A stretch of 64,000 nt of DNA from a virus, in IMG/VR virus record IMGVR_UViG_3300025133_006719, positions 15,300-79,299 of that record. One strand, written 5' to 3'. Shown piece by piece: positions 1 to 9,405 of the stretch. Position 1 is the first letter of the stretch. The number at the start of each line of letters is the position of its first letter. The notes below the pieces were generated by a model that was given only the letters and a program-made list of their open reading frames with translations, did not search any database and was not told the DNA's origin. The position numbers and the translations under genes were made by a program.

Positions 1-1
1 G

Positions 2-538
2 ACTGGGCTAAAAGAGGAATCTCAAGCCCTAAGCTTAATAGAAGAAGACGAGGACCTAGGTCTGATTGTAGATGAAATAGCATCTTTCCCTTTAGTTAAA
101 AGGCAGACGTCCAAGCTTTCCCTGAGGTTCTTAATTCTTCTCTTAATTCATAAATATGATCAAGGCAGCATAAAAAATAAACATAAACTTACAATTTCAA
201 AAATAGCCAGCATCTATTTTGACATGATCTACAATCAAATGCCTGATAATTGCTCCATAGACTTCAGTAAAAAACCAGACGAGGTATCAGCAAAGTTTTT
301 GTTTGTGTTGAGCGGCTTCTTTGGAGAATATTTTGCTAGATTTTTTAACCAATACGCGGAATATGAACAAGTCAAAGAGAGTCATATCAAATATATAGAG
401 GCGGGACTAAAGAAAGAAGGAGCAGATAAATGGGCCTCACAAGGTTTAATAATGTTAGAAAAAATCTCCGAAAGGGGATGGTTATCAAGATTTATGAAAA
501 CGAAAAAAACAAAAAAGGGAGCAAAAGCTGATGAATAA
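2..538 (+). CDS. hypothetical protein (5'-partial; frame open from window start)
   Basis: Frame of ORF 224..538 has no stop back to position 2. Confidence 0.6.
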   Translation, partial: TGLKEESQALSLIEEDEDLGLIVDEIASFPLVKRQTSKLSLRFLILLLIHKYDQGSIKNKHKLTISKIASIYFDMIYNQMPDNCSIDFSKKPDEVSAKFLFVLSGFFGEYFARFFNQYAEYEQVKESHIKYIEAGLKKEGADKWASQGLIMLEKISERGWLSRFMKTKKTKKGAKADE

Positions 539-1310
539 TCACAAGAAAGATATATTTTATATATTAGCTCTATGCCTTGTGGTTATAGGAGGATGCTCGA
601 CGCCTCTAGGAAAATTTAACAAACAAAAAAATATCGTAGATAACATACAAAGACAAGAGGATACAAACAAAAGCCAACAAATAGAAAGCGGAAGAACATT
701 TGTCTACGCAGCTGACCAAGCCCTGCAAAAAGACCCCGCTCCGTCAGCCGAATCCAAGGTAGCAAAACAAATGACAACCAGAGGAGTCACCGCTTTAGGC
801 CCTCCGCAAATGGAAAATGCCATGAAGTCAGACCAAATGGTAACGGGGCTTCTTTCAACAGACCCCAAAGAAGTAGAAAAAGGTCAGCAAATATTAGCTA
901 CGATGGATAAAGATTTAGTAGCGTTACAGAACCAGAACAGGGTCTTAAGAGGTCAGCTTGGCGACGCCCAACAGAAATTAGCCATAGTCAACCAGAACAA
1001 CGCCCTACAAGCCACGAAGTATTCTAGCTTAATGGGAAAAGTTTACTGGATAATAGGTATAGTCATCTTCATTGTTGTATTAGTTATTGGATTCAAAATA
1101 GTAACAGCAGTAGCCCCGTTTGCTATGCCAGCAACAGGAGCTACCTCTACATTACTTAAGGTCGTTCAAGGAATACAGAAAGTTAGAGACCAACATATGG
1201 GCGAAAAGCCCGAGATGCTTAAGCAAATTGATGATCACATGAGATCCCACCTAGACAAGAAAGACAGGTGGATGATAGCGCAGGCCAAACAAAAATTACA
1301 TATGATATGA
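531..1310 (+). CDS. lipoprotein with coiled coil and C-proximal TM helix (possible unimolecular spanin-like)
   Basis: Lipobox LVVIGG-C, Gln-rich coiled coil, TM VYWIIGIVIFIVVLVIGF. Confidence 0.6.
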   Translation: MNNHKKDIFYILALCLVVIGGCSTPLGKFNKQKNIVDNIQRQEDTNKSQQIESGRTFVYAADQALQKDPAPSAESKVAKQMTTRGVTALGPPQMENAMKSDQMVTGLLSTDPKEVEKGQQILATMDKDLVALQNQNRVLRGQLGDAQQKLAIVNQNNALQATKYSSLMGKVYWIIGIVIFIVVLVIGFKIVTAVAPFAMPATGATSTLLKVVQGIQKVRDQHMGEKPEMLKQIDDHMRSHLDKKDRWMIAQAKQKLHMI

Positions 1311-1519
1311 TAAAAGATAATCTAAATAAAAGGGTTTACTGCTGTTTTGTTATAACTATCATAGCCATGTTTTTCCTTTGCGGATGCACCACGACCAAAT
1401 GGAAGTGGATGCCTGAAGCGCAAGGTGTCAGCGATTTACACAAACAGAAGCAGTCGCCAAAAGACAGAGAGATTGAGTCAGGCGCCCTGAAAATCAACAT
1501 ACTAGAAGTAAAATTTTAG
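1307..1519 (+). CDS. small putative lipoprotein
   Basis: Hydrophobic stretch plus FLCG-C lipobox; ATGA overlap with upstream stop. Confidence 0.55.
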   Translation: MIKDNLNKRVYCCFVITIIAMFFLCGCTTTKWKWMPEAQGVSDLHKQKQSPKDREIESGALKINILEVKF

Positions 1520-1546
1520 TAAAAAAAATAGAATAATAACCAATAA

Positions 1547-1558
1547 GTGTATATTATA
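1547..1558 (+). promoter_or_regulatory. putative phage late-promoter motif GTGTA(A/T-rich)
   Basis: GTGTATATTATA, with GTGTA ending 11 nt before the ATG; motif recurs at 10876, 30119, 38965, 41145, 42008. Confidence 0.5.
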
Positions 1559-1562
1559 ACAC

Positions 1563-2186
1563 ATGGCATCAAGAATAGCTGACCAATTTAAAGGCCTCCC
1601 AATAGGAGAGCTAATCTCACAACCCCTAATTGCAGCGGCGCAAGCCCAAGGTAAATTAGCAGGCATCACAGAACAATTTATTGAAGAAATAGGTCTTGAA
1701 AGCGGCGTAAGCGGACTACAAGCAAGGCAAGTTAAGTTTAATTACGATACTCCAGTTGAGTATAAAACGGGTGTCGTATCCACAACAGTTACTGGAGCCA
1801 ATGGACAGTACGTAACAACTGAAGAGACACGAACTAAGATTGAGCCCAGAACACTGAACGTGCCTCTATTAGCTATTGTCAATACCCCAAACCTTTCAGT
1901 TAAAGATGTCTCTATCGATTTTGACATGAAGGTCCAGTCAAGTACTGAGCACAACGATTCAGTCACGGCAAATATAAACACAAAAGCTTCTTACAGCGCT
2001 TGGTGGTCCCCAGTTAAATGCTCAATGACGGCGTCAGTCGGAAGCAAGAGTAGCAACACGAGAAAGACTGACAACTCGGCTAGGTATACGGTACATTGCG
2101 AAGCTAGGGACGACGGGGCTCCCGAAGGGCTAATGAAAGTTCTCGATATTCTAGGAGAAGCCATTAAGCCTGTTCCGCCTGCTTAA
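1563..2186 (+). CDS. DUF2589 family protein
   Basis: F.GLPIGELI..PL.AAA.AQ N-terminus, VPLLAIV..PNL.V....IDFDM.V, TDNSARY.V...A....PEGL.KVLDIL. Confidence 0.85.
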   Translation: MASRIADQFKGLPIGELISQPLIAAAQAQGKLAGITEQFIEEIGLESGVSGLQARQVKFNYDTPVEYKTGVVSTTVTGANGQYVTTEETRTKIEPRTLNVPLLAIVNTPNLSVKDVSIDFDMKVQSSTEHNDSVTANINTKASYSAWWSPVKCSMTASVGSKSSNTRKTDNSARYTVHCEARDDGAPEGLMKVLDILGEAIKPVPPA

Positions 2187-2197
2187 GTAAATAATTA

Positions 2198-2698
2198 ATG
2201 GGCTTAACCAACTATTCCCTAAAAAAGACAGGTAAGTTAGAGAGCGAAGAGATTGAAAACTCTAAGCCGGACCTTACCTCCAGTTCTTTAGACAAGCTTG
2301 TAGAGTCTATATATAACTCTGTAGTATACGCTCAAAGAAAGGTTGAAACAGAGCATTTAAGCAGGTTAATGTCGACCTACTTTGACGACGCAGGAAACCC
2401 GATTACCTTTAAGGTCAATTTACCCGACAATAATGGAGAAGTAAAAGAATCAGCTATACCGCTTCTAACATTAGCGCCGAACTCCCACCTAAGCATATCC
2501 GAACTAGAGATGCAGCTCAAAGTTGACCTAGGTCAGTTCAGCGATGACGATAATGTGAACAATAACAAGTTGAGCGCTAAAATAGGAGCAGGAAAGAAGA
2601 CAAACCTCGCTAAGATTAAAATTAAGATGTCAAGCGCCAACTCTCCAGAGGGCCTAGCAAGGATAAACGATCAATTAGTGAAGATTCTACCGAACTAG
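2198..2698 (+). CDS. DUF2589 family protein (second, short type)
   Basis: L..LV..I..SV..AQ, YFD..G.P, IPLLTLAP...L.I, PEGLARI. Confidence 0.8.
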   Translation: MGLTNYSLKKTGKLESEEIENSKPDLTSSSLDKLVESIYNSVVYAQRKVETEHLSRLMSTYFDDAGNPITFKVNLPDNNGEVKESAIPLLTLAPNSHLSISELEMQLKVDLGQFSDDDNVNNNKLSAKIGAGKKTNLAKIKIKMSSANSPEGLARINDQLVKILPN

Positions 2699-2711
2699 TC
2701 GTTATACTAAG

Positions 2712-3485
2712 GTGGCAAAAGATTTAAAAATCTTGTTTTGCTCCTTAATAAGAGACAAGGCGGAGTTCATAGGCGACTGGTATTCTAGAATACGTTCAAT
2801 CCAGTCTCTAAGGCCAAGTTGGACTTTTAATATAAGCTTATACGAAAACGACAGCAAAGATGGATCCAAAGAGGATCTAGAAAACTTAGATTGGAGCTTC
2901 GCTAATTGGTTCAACCTTTCCTCAGAAAAGAACGATAAAGAATACTTTATTGGCCTAGAAAGGAAAAGGATAGAAAGGCTTTCTTCCTATAGAAATTTGT
3001 GCATCTACCAGTTTGGCGACTTAGATTCTATAGATAGGATTATTATGAACGATATAGATTGCTCCTATGATCCAAAACACGCGGTAGAGATCATAGAAAA
3101 AAGTCTGGAGTGGGATATATTTTCTTTTGCTAGTAGAGACTCTGGCACAGGAGATGAATTTTACGACAGGTGGGCAACCAGAAGAAGCCCAGTTGACACG
3201 TGGTGGGACGACAAACCCTACAACACAAAAGGAGATAATCAAACTTGGACAACAGGAAACGGCTTTGTCTCCTATAATCCAGAAGGCTTTAAAAGAGGTG
3301 CAACTTTTGGATACGTAAATAAGAGGCTAAAAACTCACGATAGTGAAAATGCGGTAGTGTGCGAAAACTTTAGAGCTTTTGGCTTTAACAAAATCGGTTT
3401 TGACGGCAGGTATAACACTATGCACGTGAGAGATAAGCACTGGCACAATAAAAAAGATGGAAGTACTACTAACAACATTCAATAG
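2712..3485 (+). CDS. glycosyltransferase (GT-A, CAP59/GT69-like)
   Basis: YENDSKDG, RIERLSSYRN, NDID, FYDRWATR motifs. Confidence 0.65.
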   Translation: MAKDLKILFCSLIRDKAEFIGDWYSRIRSIQSLRPSWTFNISLYENDSKDGSKEDLENLDWSFANWFNLSSEKNDKEYFIGLERKRIERLSSYRNLCIYQFGDLDSIDRIIMNDIDCSYDPKHAVEIIEKSLEWDIFSFASRDSGTGDEFYDRWATRRSPVDTWWDDKPYNTKGDNQTWTTGNGFVSYNPEGFKRGATFGYVNKRLKTHDSENAVVCENFRAFGFNKIGFDGRYNTMHVRDKHWHNKKDGSTTNNIQ

Positions 3486-4122
3486 ATCTAAGTATCTCAA
3501 ATCGTCTATAAAGTCTCTACTTAATTCTGACTTAGGAGACTCAACTATACATATTTATGACGATTGTAGCGAAGAGCCAAAAACATTAGGCATATTAGAA
3601 TCATTAAAAGATCACCCCCAAATTGAAATAGCAGTCAACGAAAGGAACTTGGGGTGCGATACTAATATAGCCTTAGCAGCCAGAGAAATAATCGAGAAAA
3701 CAGGATGTGAATACATCATTAGCACAGACAGCGATACTATCTACAATAAAGAGTGGTTAAACTTTTTTAAGAGCCAGCTTTCCAAGCCGGGGATTACTGA
3801 TTTTGCAGCTGCTATATCGTTGTTTAACGCTTCAGTTCATCCTGTTATTGGTACTTATGACGATGACCTTAACGTTAAAGAGAGTATGGGAGGGATGACG
3901 GTAGCCGTTAAGAGTTCGTATTTCTTTGATATGGATGAGACTACCGCCACAATAAATAAGCCGTGGTTCTGTTGGGACTGGGAGGTAGTTTATAAATCTC
4001 AAGAAAAAGGGGAACTCTTACTTTGCTCTAAGACCAGCATGGTTAGCCATATAGGTAAATATGGAGTTCATGCTAGAGGTGACGGCAATTGGGATCAGTG
4101 CGAGGATTTTATAGGAGAATAG
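3457..4122 (+). CDS. glycosyltransferase family 2
   Basis: TTFNR, YDDCS, NLG, DSD motifs. Confidence 0.85.
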   Translation: MEVLLTTFNRSKYLKSSIKSLLNSDLGDSTIHIYDDCSEEPKTLGILESLKDHPQIEIAVNERNLGCDTNIALAAREIIEKTGCEYIISTDSDTIYNKEWLNFFKSQLSKPGITDFAAAISLFNASVHPVIGTYDDDLNVKESMGGMTVAVKSSYFFDMDETTATINKPWFCWDWEVVYKSQEKGELLLCSKTSMVSHIGKYGVHARGDGNWDQCEDFIGE

Positions 4123-4124
4123 AT

Positions 4125-4301
4125 ATGGAAAATATAGAAAAAATAGATGAAGCTTTGGATCTTATAGTATCAATAGACACAGAGCGACTAACAGAAGAAG
4201 CAGCGGGGAATGTAATCTATGACGTTAACGATGCAGCAATATCTCTAGAGAGAATTAAAGACAGTCTTCTGGAAAAAACAAATTATGTTGAGTTTATTTA
4301 A
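4125..4301 (+). CDS. hypothetical protein
   Basis: Short acidic ORF filling operon gap. Confidence 0.5.
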   Translation: MENIEKIDEALDLIVSIDTERLTEEAAGNVIYDVNDAAISLERIKDSLLEKTNYVEFI

Positions 4302-5001
4302 GGATATTTACTGTATAAACTTAACCTCCAGAGAAGATAGGTGGCACCAAGTCCAAAAGTCTTTTTCTCAAATAGGCATTAAAGAGAAAGTACAAAGGTT
4401 TCCGGCTGTAAATCCAAGGGGATACGAGTTTGACCCTAAGTTCGACACCAAGGTAGGACCCTACCACATAGTACCTAACGCAGGATGCCTCGGCTCCCAC
4501 AGGGCTATAATAAAAAAAGCTAAAGAAGAAGGGATGGAGCAAGTCCTCGTATTTGAAGACGACGTTTCTTTTCTTCATGAAGACATAACGGCGGTGAGAC
4601 ACTCTGCAGAAGATCTGCCTAACACGTGGGGGCTATTTTACCTAGGAGCAACGGTTGAGAAAAAAATGAGCATGGTCTCTAATTTTTTATTCCGGACTAA
4701 TTGCGCTAAAGCTACTCACGCAGTAGTATATCACCACACAGTTTACGACGATATATTATCCAAAGTTCCAGAGGATATATCAGATTTGGTAGAGTTCACG
4801 GCGGGATGCGTAGCTGTCGACAACTTCTTAATACAAGAAATTCAGTCAAAGCACGCGACATATATTTGCAATCCCCTTTTCGCCGTCCAAGGTAAAAGCT
4901 TTAGCGATATAGTCCAGAGGAACATAGATTATAGTCACGATCAGATTAGGCTCTTCGATCAAAACAGGCCTGACGAGTGGTTCACGGAAAACTATAAATG
5001 A
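4285..5001 (+). CDS. glycosyltransferase family 25
   Basis: CINL..R.DR, GC..SH, FEDD, YLG, THA motifs. Confidence 0.85.
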   Translation: MLSLFKDIYCINLTSREDRWHQVQKSFSQIGIKEKVQRFPAVNPRGYEFDPKFDTKVGPYHIVPNAGCLGSHRAIIKKAKEEGMEQVLVFEDDVSFLHEDITAVRHSAEDLPNTWGLFYLGATVEKKMSMVSNFLFRTNCAKATHAVVYHHTVYDDILSKVPEDISDLVEFTAGCVAVDNFLIQEIQSKHATYICNPLFAVQGKSFSDIVQRNIDYSHDQIRLFDQNRPDEWFTENYK

Positions 5002-5834
5002 TTACCTTTAAAAAGCTTGGGAGATTTGGTGGATTGGGGAATTCCTTATTCCAGTACAGCACCCTAATAGCTGTGGCGGAAAGGTATGGCTACGATATTA
5101 AGATACCTTACAAAAATGAAACTTTCTACGAAGAGTCGTATGAAGCTAATTGTTATTCTATATTTCAAGGGTTTAAAAAAGTTTACGACAACCTAGAGAA
5201 AGAAGACTTAGGGAACATAATGTATGAAGTAAGCGAAGCGGGAATGTCTTACGATCCTAATCTACTAAACGACATAAAAGACAACACAAATCTCCACGGA
5301 TATTTCCAATGCGAAAAATACTTCAAAGACTACAGGGATAAAATCTTACAAACCTTGATCCCGACGGGTTATACGTATTCGTTTGCGATGAACTTTTTAA
5401 ACAGAAGTTCGGGAGAAGAGATAGACCCATTTGAATGTACATCTGTTCACGTAAGAAGGGGTGATTATTTAAAGAAGTCAGACTACTACAACATATTAGA
5501 TAAAGATTACTACCAAAAATCCATGGAAGAATCTAATACAAAGAAATACATATTCTTTTCAGATGACCCGGAGTGGTGCATGGAAAACTTTAAATCAGAC
5601 GACTACTACTTCAACAAAGAGGAGAACTCGCCATACGCCGACCTTCTTTGCATGTCCCTATGCAAGAACAACATCATAGCAAATAGCAGCTTCAGTTGGT
5701 GGGGAGCTTGGATGAATCAAAAAGAGGATAAGAAAGTCATTGCTCCTAAGGTTTGGTTTAATCCACAAATAAAAGACCGCAATAAAAACTACGAGGACAA
5801 GGATATAGTACCAGAAAGTTGGATAAAAATATGA
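4998..5834 (+). CDS. GT11 alpha-1,2-fucosyl/colitosyltransferase
   Basis: GGLGN.LFQY, GYFQ, HVRRGDY, FSDD, NSSFSWW. Confidence 0.92.
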   Translation: MITFKKLGRFGGLGNSLFQYSTLIAVAERYGYDIKIPYKNETFYEESYEANCYSIFQGFKKVYDNLEKEDLGNIMYEVSEAGMSYDPNLLNDIKDNTNLHGYFQCEKYFKDYRDKILQTLIPTGYTYSFAMNFLNRSSGEEIDPFECTSVHVRRGDYLKKSDYYNILDKDYYQKSMEESNTKKYIFFSDDPEWCMENFKSDDYYFNKEENSPYADLLCMSLCKNNIIANSSFSWWGAWMNQKEDKKVIAPKVWFNPQIKDRNKNYEDKDIVPESWIKI

Positions 5835-6727
5835 GCACAGTAATATTTGGAGCTAGAGGTTTCGTAGGCTCAAGCCTAGGACCCGAACTTGACCTAGCCT
5901 TTAAACCCAATAAATCGGTTTGCGACCTGACGAATCTCGATTCAGTTTTAACCTATTTAGACGGAACCAAGCCCGAAGCTATAGTAAATATGGCGGCTAG
6001 AGTTGGAGGCTTTCAATACAACAAAATAAACAACGTAGAGCTATTGAGAAACAACTCTTTAATCGCTTTAAATTTAGCAACGGCGATAAAGAAGCTAAGA
6101 TTAAGTTGTTATTACGTATATGTAAGTAGCGCTTGCGTCTACAAAGACGGCAATAGCCAAGAGGATTCCGTTTTTTTAGATAATCCGAACAATAATAACT
6201 TCGGGTACGGTCACTCTAAAAGGTTGGGCCACAAGGTTATAGATGCCTTAAACATAGACTGCCCAGATCTAATTAAGTCATGCATACTAATTCCAACCAA
6301 TATGTATGGCCCGCATGATGATTTTGATCCTTTTGTATCTCATGTTATTCCAAATTTAATTAGGCAAATGGTATCAAAAGAAGATACTATAAAAGTATTA
6401 GGTAACCCAAATAACGGAAGAGACTTCATGTATAGCGGGGACTTATGCAACGCCATCTCAGAATGCTTAAGAAAAAAAATCGAAGGAACGTACAACGTTT
6501 CGACCTTCTTAACCGTCACAATTAAAACTCTAGTAGAGACGCTAGTAGAGATAACCGGCTACGAAGGGGTGGTAGAGATGGAAGAACCAGACGAATCTAA
6601 AGAGGCGGAGGTTAGAATATTAAATAATACAAAAATAGTAGAAGCGCTAAATCTATCAGGCGACGCTTTCACAGACTTAAAAGCAGGACTTAAACAAACC
6701 GTAGAATGGTACAAGAGTGGAAATTAA
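5831..6727 (+). CDS. GDP-L-fucose/GDP-colitose synthase (Fcl/WcaG/ColC-like epimerase-reductase)
   Basis: G..GFVGS, AARVGG, SSACVY, Y...K, PTNMYGPHD.F....SHVIP. Confidence 0.85.
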   Translation: MSTVIFGARGFVGSSLGPELDLAFKPNKSVCDLTNLDSVLTYLDGTKPEAIVNMAARVGGFQYNKINNVELLRNNSLIALNLATAIKKLRLSCYYVYVSSACVYKDGNSQEDSVFLDNPNNNNFGYGHSKRLGHKVIDALNIDCPDLIKSCILIPTNMYGPHDDFDPFVSHVIPNLIRQMVSKEDTIKVLGNPNNGRDFMYSGDLCNAISECLRKKIEGTYNVSTFLTVTIKTLVETLVEITGYEGVVEMEEPDESKEAEVRILNNTKIVEALNLSGDAFTDLKAGLKQTVEWYKSGN

Positions 6728-7950
6728 ACGTAGACAACTTTACCCTATTAGACCGCCTCAAGATATGTAAGTTCTTTTTATCAAAAAAGAACAGGTGGAC
6801 TCAGGGAAAGTATGTAAGAGAATACGAAAAGGCGTGGGCCGAATACACAGGCTGCAAATACGCCGTTATGTTTTCTAGCGGTTCTACCGCTAACTCTTCC
6901 ATTGCCCAGTATATAAAACACAAAACTGAAGATGGCACCCATAAGTCAATCGGCTCCACAGTGTTGGTACCTTCCGTAACTTGGCAAACGTCTGTTACCC
7001 CTTGGATAAAAGCAGGCTTTAAAGTAAAGTTTATAGATATAACTTATGACGACTTTGGAATGAGCGCCAAAGAGCTGGGGCTATATTTAGAAGAGAATAA
7101 AAATAAGGTTGCCTACGTTTGGCCTACTTCTTTAATTGGGTTTAACCCAGATGTAAAAGGGATTACAGAAGAATGCAGAAAACATAAAGTAGAATATGGA
7201 CTAGATAATTGTGAGAACGCTTTTGGAGAGGTCTTGTCAACAGCAGAAGACGGAGACCTAACGCTCAAAACCCATATTTGTAAGGTAGCAACAAGCTCCA
7301 TCTCTACTTACTTCGGGCACCATACCACCTCAGTAGAGGGAGGCTTTATCCTAACTGATGACGAGAGAGAGTATAAATTCCATTTGATGAACAGGTCGCA
7401 TGGCATGACCAGAAGCCTGACAGAATATGGCATAGACTGTAAACTCTATCAGAACAATTTGGTTGATCCTAGTTTTGATTTTTTCTGCATGGGAAGTAAC
7501 TACAGGGCCACAGACATAGAAGCCTTTATAGGCTTACTAGACTTTAAGAGGATTGAAGACTATATAGAGACTAGGAGAGAATTGTATTCCTACTTCGCGG
7601 GGAAGATTGACCACGAGAAGTTTATACTGCCTAAGTTTGACATACATAACCTAAACGTCCCATTCTGCTTGCCTATAATTTTCAAAAAGAAAACGGCAGA
7701 CTGGAGAGCTAAAGATCTAGTGCTTGACACAAAAGCCTTTTGCGCTAAAAATAAAATAGAGCACAGGCAGATAATAGGAGGAAACATGCTTCGCCAGAGA
7801 CCATACCTCTCACCATTCCCAAAAGGGGAACAGTGGAAGGAATACCCAGTAGCCGAACACCTCCACAATTACGGGCTTTACGTAGGGCTAAACCACAAAG
7901 TCAAAAAAAGCATGATCTCAAACTTAACAGAGTATTTAAACAACTTATGA
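6706..7950 (+). CDS. colD: PLP-dependent DegT/DnrJ family enzyme, ColD-type GDP-4-keto-6-deoxymannose 3-dehydratase
   Basis: SSGSTAN, DNCE, STYFGHHTTSVEGG with His where aminotransferases have the Schiff-base Lys; RSHG; context with gmd and fcl. Confidence 0.7.
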   Translation: MVQEWKLNVDNFTLLDRLKICKFFLSKKNRWTQGKYVREYEKAWAEYTGCKYAVMFSSGSTANSSIAQYIKHKTEDGTHKSIGSTVLVPSVTWQTSVTPWIKAGFKVKFIDITYDDFGMSAKELGLYLEENKNKVAYVWPTSLIGFNPDVKGITEECRKHKVEYGLDNCENAFGEVLSTAEDGDLTLKTHICKVATSSISTYFGHHTTSVEGGFILTDDEREYKFHLMNRSHGMTRSLTEYGIDCKLYQNNLVDPSFDFFCMGSNYRATDIEAFIGLLDFKRIEDYIETRRELYSYFAGKIDHEKFILPKFDIHNLNVPFCLPIIFKKKTADWRAKDLVLDTKAFCAKNKIEHRQIIGGNMLRQRPYLSPFPKGEQWKEYPVAEHLHNYGLYVGLNHKVKKSMISNLTEYLNNL

Positions 7951-8987
7951 AAAACGTAATAATAACGGGAGTGACAGGACAGGACGGCTCCAATATGGCT
8001 GACCACCTCATAAACAACCATGAGGACATCCATGTCTACGGAATGTCTAGGAGGGTTTCGATACCGAATAACAACAACATCAAGCACTTACTGTCCCACC
8101 CCAGATTTACCCTGTTTCATGGCGACCTTACTGATTCAACGAGCATAAACAGCGCCGTAAAGAAGTATTCCCCAGATTATTTTTTAAATTTTGCTGCTAA
8201 CTCTTATGTTGGATGTAGCTGGACAAGCCCCATCCATGTCTGGGAAACCAATACGACTGGTTTACTTAGATGTTTAGAAGCCATTAGGTGCTATGCCCCC
8301 AAATGTCGGTTCTATAGCGCTGGTAGCTCTGAAGAGATGGGGGACGTGGATTACTCACCACAAGACCTTAAACACCCCATTAAACCCAGAAGCCCCTATG
8401 GAGCCTCTAAGGCAGCTTGTAGGCACCTAACTAAGGTTTACAGAGAGTCTTACAACCTTTTCGCTATCCATAGCATTTTATTCAACCACGAAGGATTGAG
8501 GAGAGGTGAGGAATTTGTCACACGTAAAATTACAAAAGGCGTAGCCAAAATTAAGAAAAGCATAAAAAACAATGAAGACATTATTCCCATTCGATTAGGC
8601 AACGTTAATTCAAGGAGAGACTGGTCTGATTCTGAGGATTTTATGAGGGGTGTTTGGATGATGATGCAGCAAGACGAACCCAAAGAGCATATCCTAGCTA
8701 GCGGAGAGACCCATTCCATTAAAGACTTTGTCGCAACTGCCTTTGCTGCCGCCGGTATCCCCGGTTTATGGAGTGGGGAAGGAATGGACGAAAAGTTTAG
8801 GCTTTTTCAAGAGAACACGGTCTTAGCGGAAATAGATAATGAATTTTATAGGCCAGCGGAAGTCGAGCTTTTGTGGGGAGACTCAACATCAGCTAGAAAA
8901 GAACTAGGATGGGAACCGCAGATTTCGTTTGACAAACTAGTAGAACGTATGGTACACTGTGACCTTGCGTTGAATGACGGACTTTGA
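7947..8987 (+). CDS. gmd: GDP-mannose 4,6-dehydratase
   Basis: ITGVTGQDGS, PRSPYG.SK, ILFNHE..RRG.EFVTRKIT, RPAEV.LL.GD. Confidence 0.95.
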   Translation: MKNVIITGVTGQDGSNMADHLINNHEDIHVYGMSRRVSIPNNNNIKHLLSHPRFTLFHGDLTDSTSINSAVKKYSPDYFLNFAANSYVGCSWTSPIHVWETNTTGLLRCLEAIRCYAPKCRFYSAGSSEEMGDVDYSPQDLKHPIKPRSPYGASKAACRHLTKVYRESYNLFAIHSILFNHEGLRRGEEFVTRKITKGVAKIKKSIKNNEDIIPIRLGNVNSRRDWSDSEDFMRGVWMMMQQDEPKEHILASGETHSIKDFVATAFAAAGIPGLWSGEGMDEKFRLFQENTVLAEIDNEFYRPAEVELLWGDSTSARKELGWEPQISFDKLVERMVHCDLALNDGL

Positions 8988-9405
8988 GCTAATAGGAGAA
9001 TCTATCGGAGACACCGGCGAAAAGAAGGCTAAAGCTAAGGCTAAAGCTAAAAAGCCAGCGCCAAAGGATAAGAATCATGCTTTCTATTCCTTCATGGTTT
9101 CTACGTTTTGCTCCGATCCAAAGAAGATAACGTTCATCTTTCAGTACAAGAGGGCCAAAGAGCTTTTCGCTATTATACCTGACAAAAAGTTTTGGAAGTG
9201 GCTGAACGCGGAGGGACACAAGATATACTCCCTAAAAGAGTGGCTGAAACCAGAGAAGACAGAGTGGCTCAAATTTCAAAACAAGAAAAGGAACCTAAAC
9301 CTGTCAGACAAGAAGACATACAGCTTAGAAAATAAACCAATCGGAAAAAATAAAAAAGGATTAAAATACCACAAGAACTTAATTGATTTCACAGACGATG
9401 AGTAA
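8974..9405 (+). CDS. hypothetical protein
   Basis: ORF downstream of TTGACA..TACACT promoter at 8929-8958. Confidence 0.6.
   Translation: MTDFELIGESIGDTGEKKAKAKAKAKKPAPKDKNHAFYSFMVSTFCSDPKKITFIFQYKRAKELFAIIPDKKFWKWLNAEGHKIYSLKEWLKPEKTEWLKFQNKKRNLNLSDKKTYSLENKPIGKNKKGLKYHKNLIDFTDDE

Noticed and set aside
2712-8987. Bacterial O-antigen locus or cellular chromosome
   Set aside because: No wzx/wzy or housekeeping context; neighbours are phage hallmarks (rIIA/B, divergent RecA, split DnaE, dense small ORFs).
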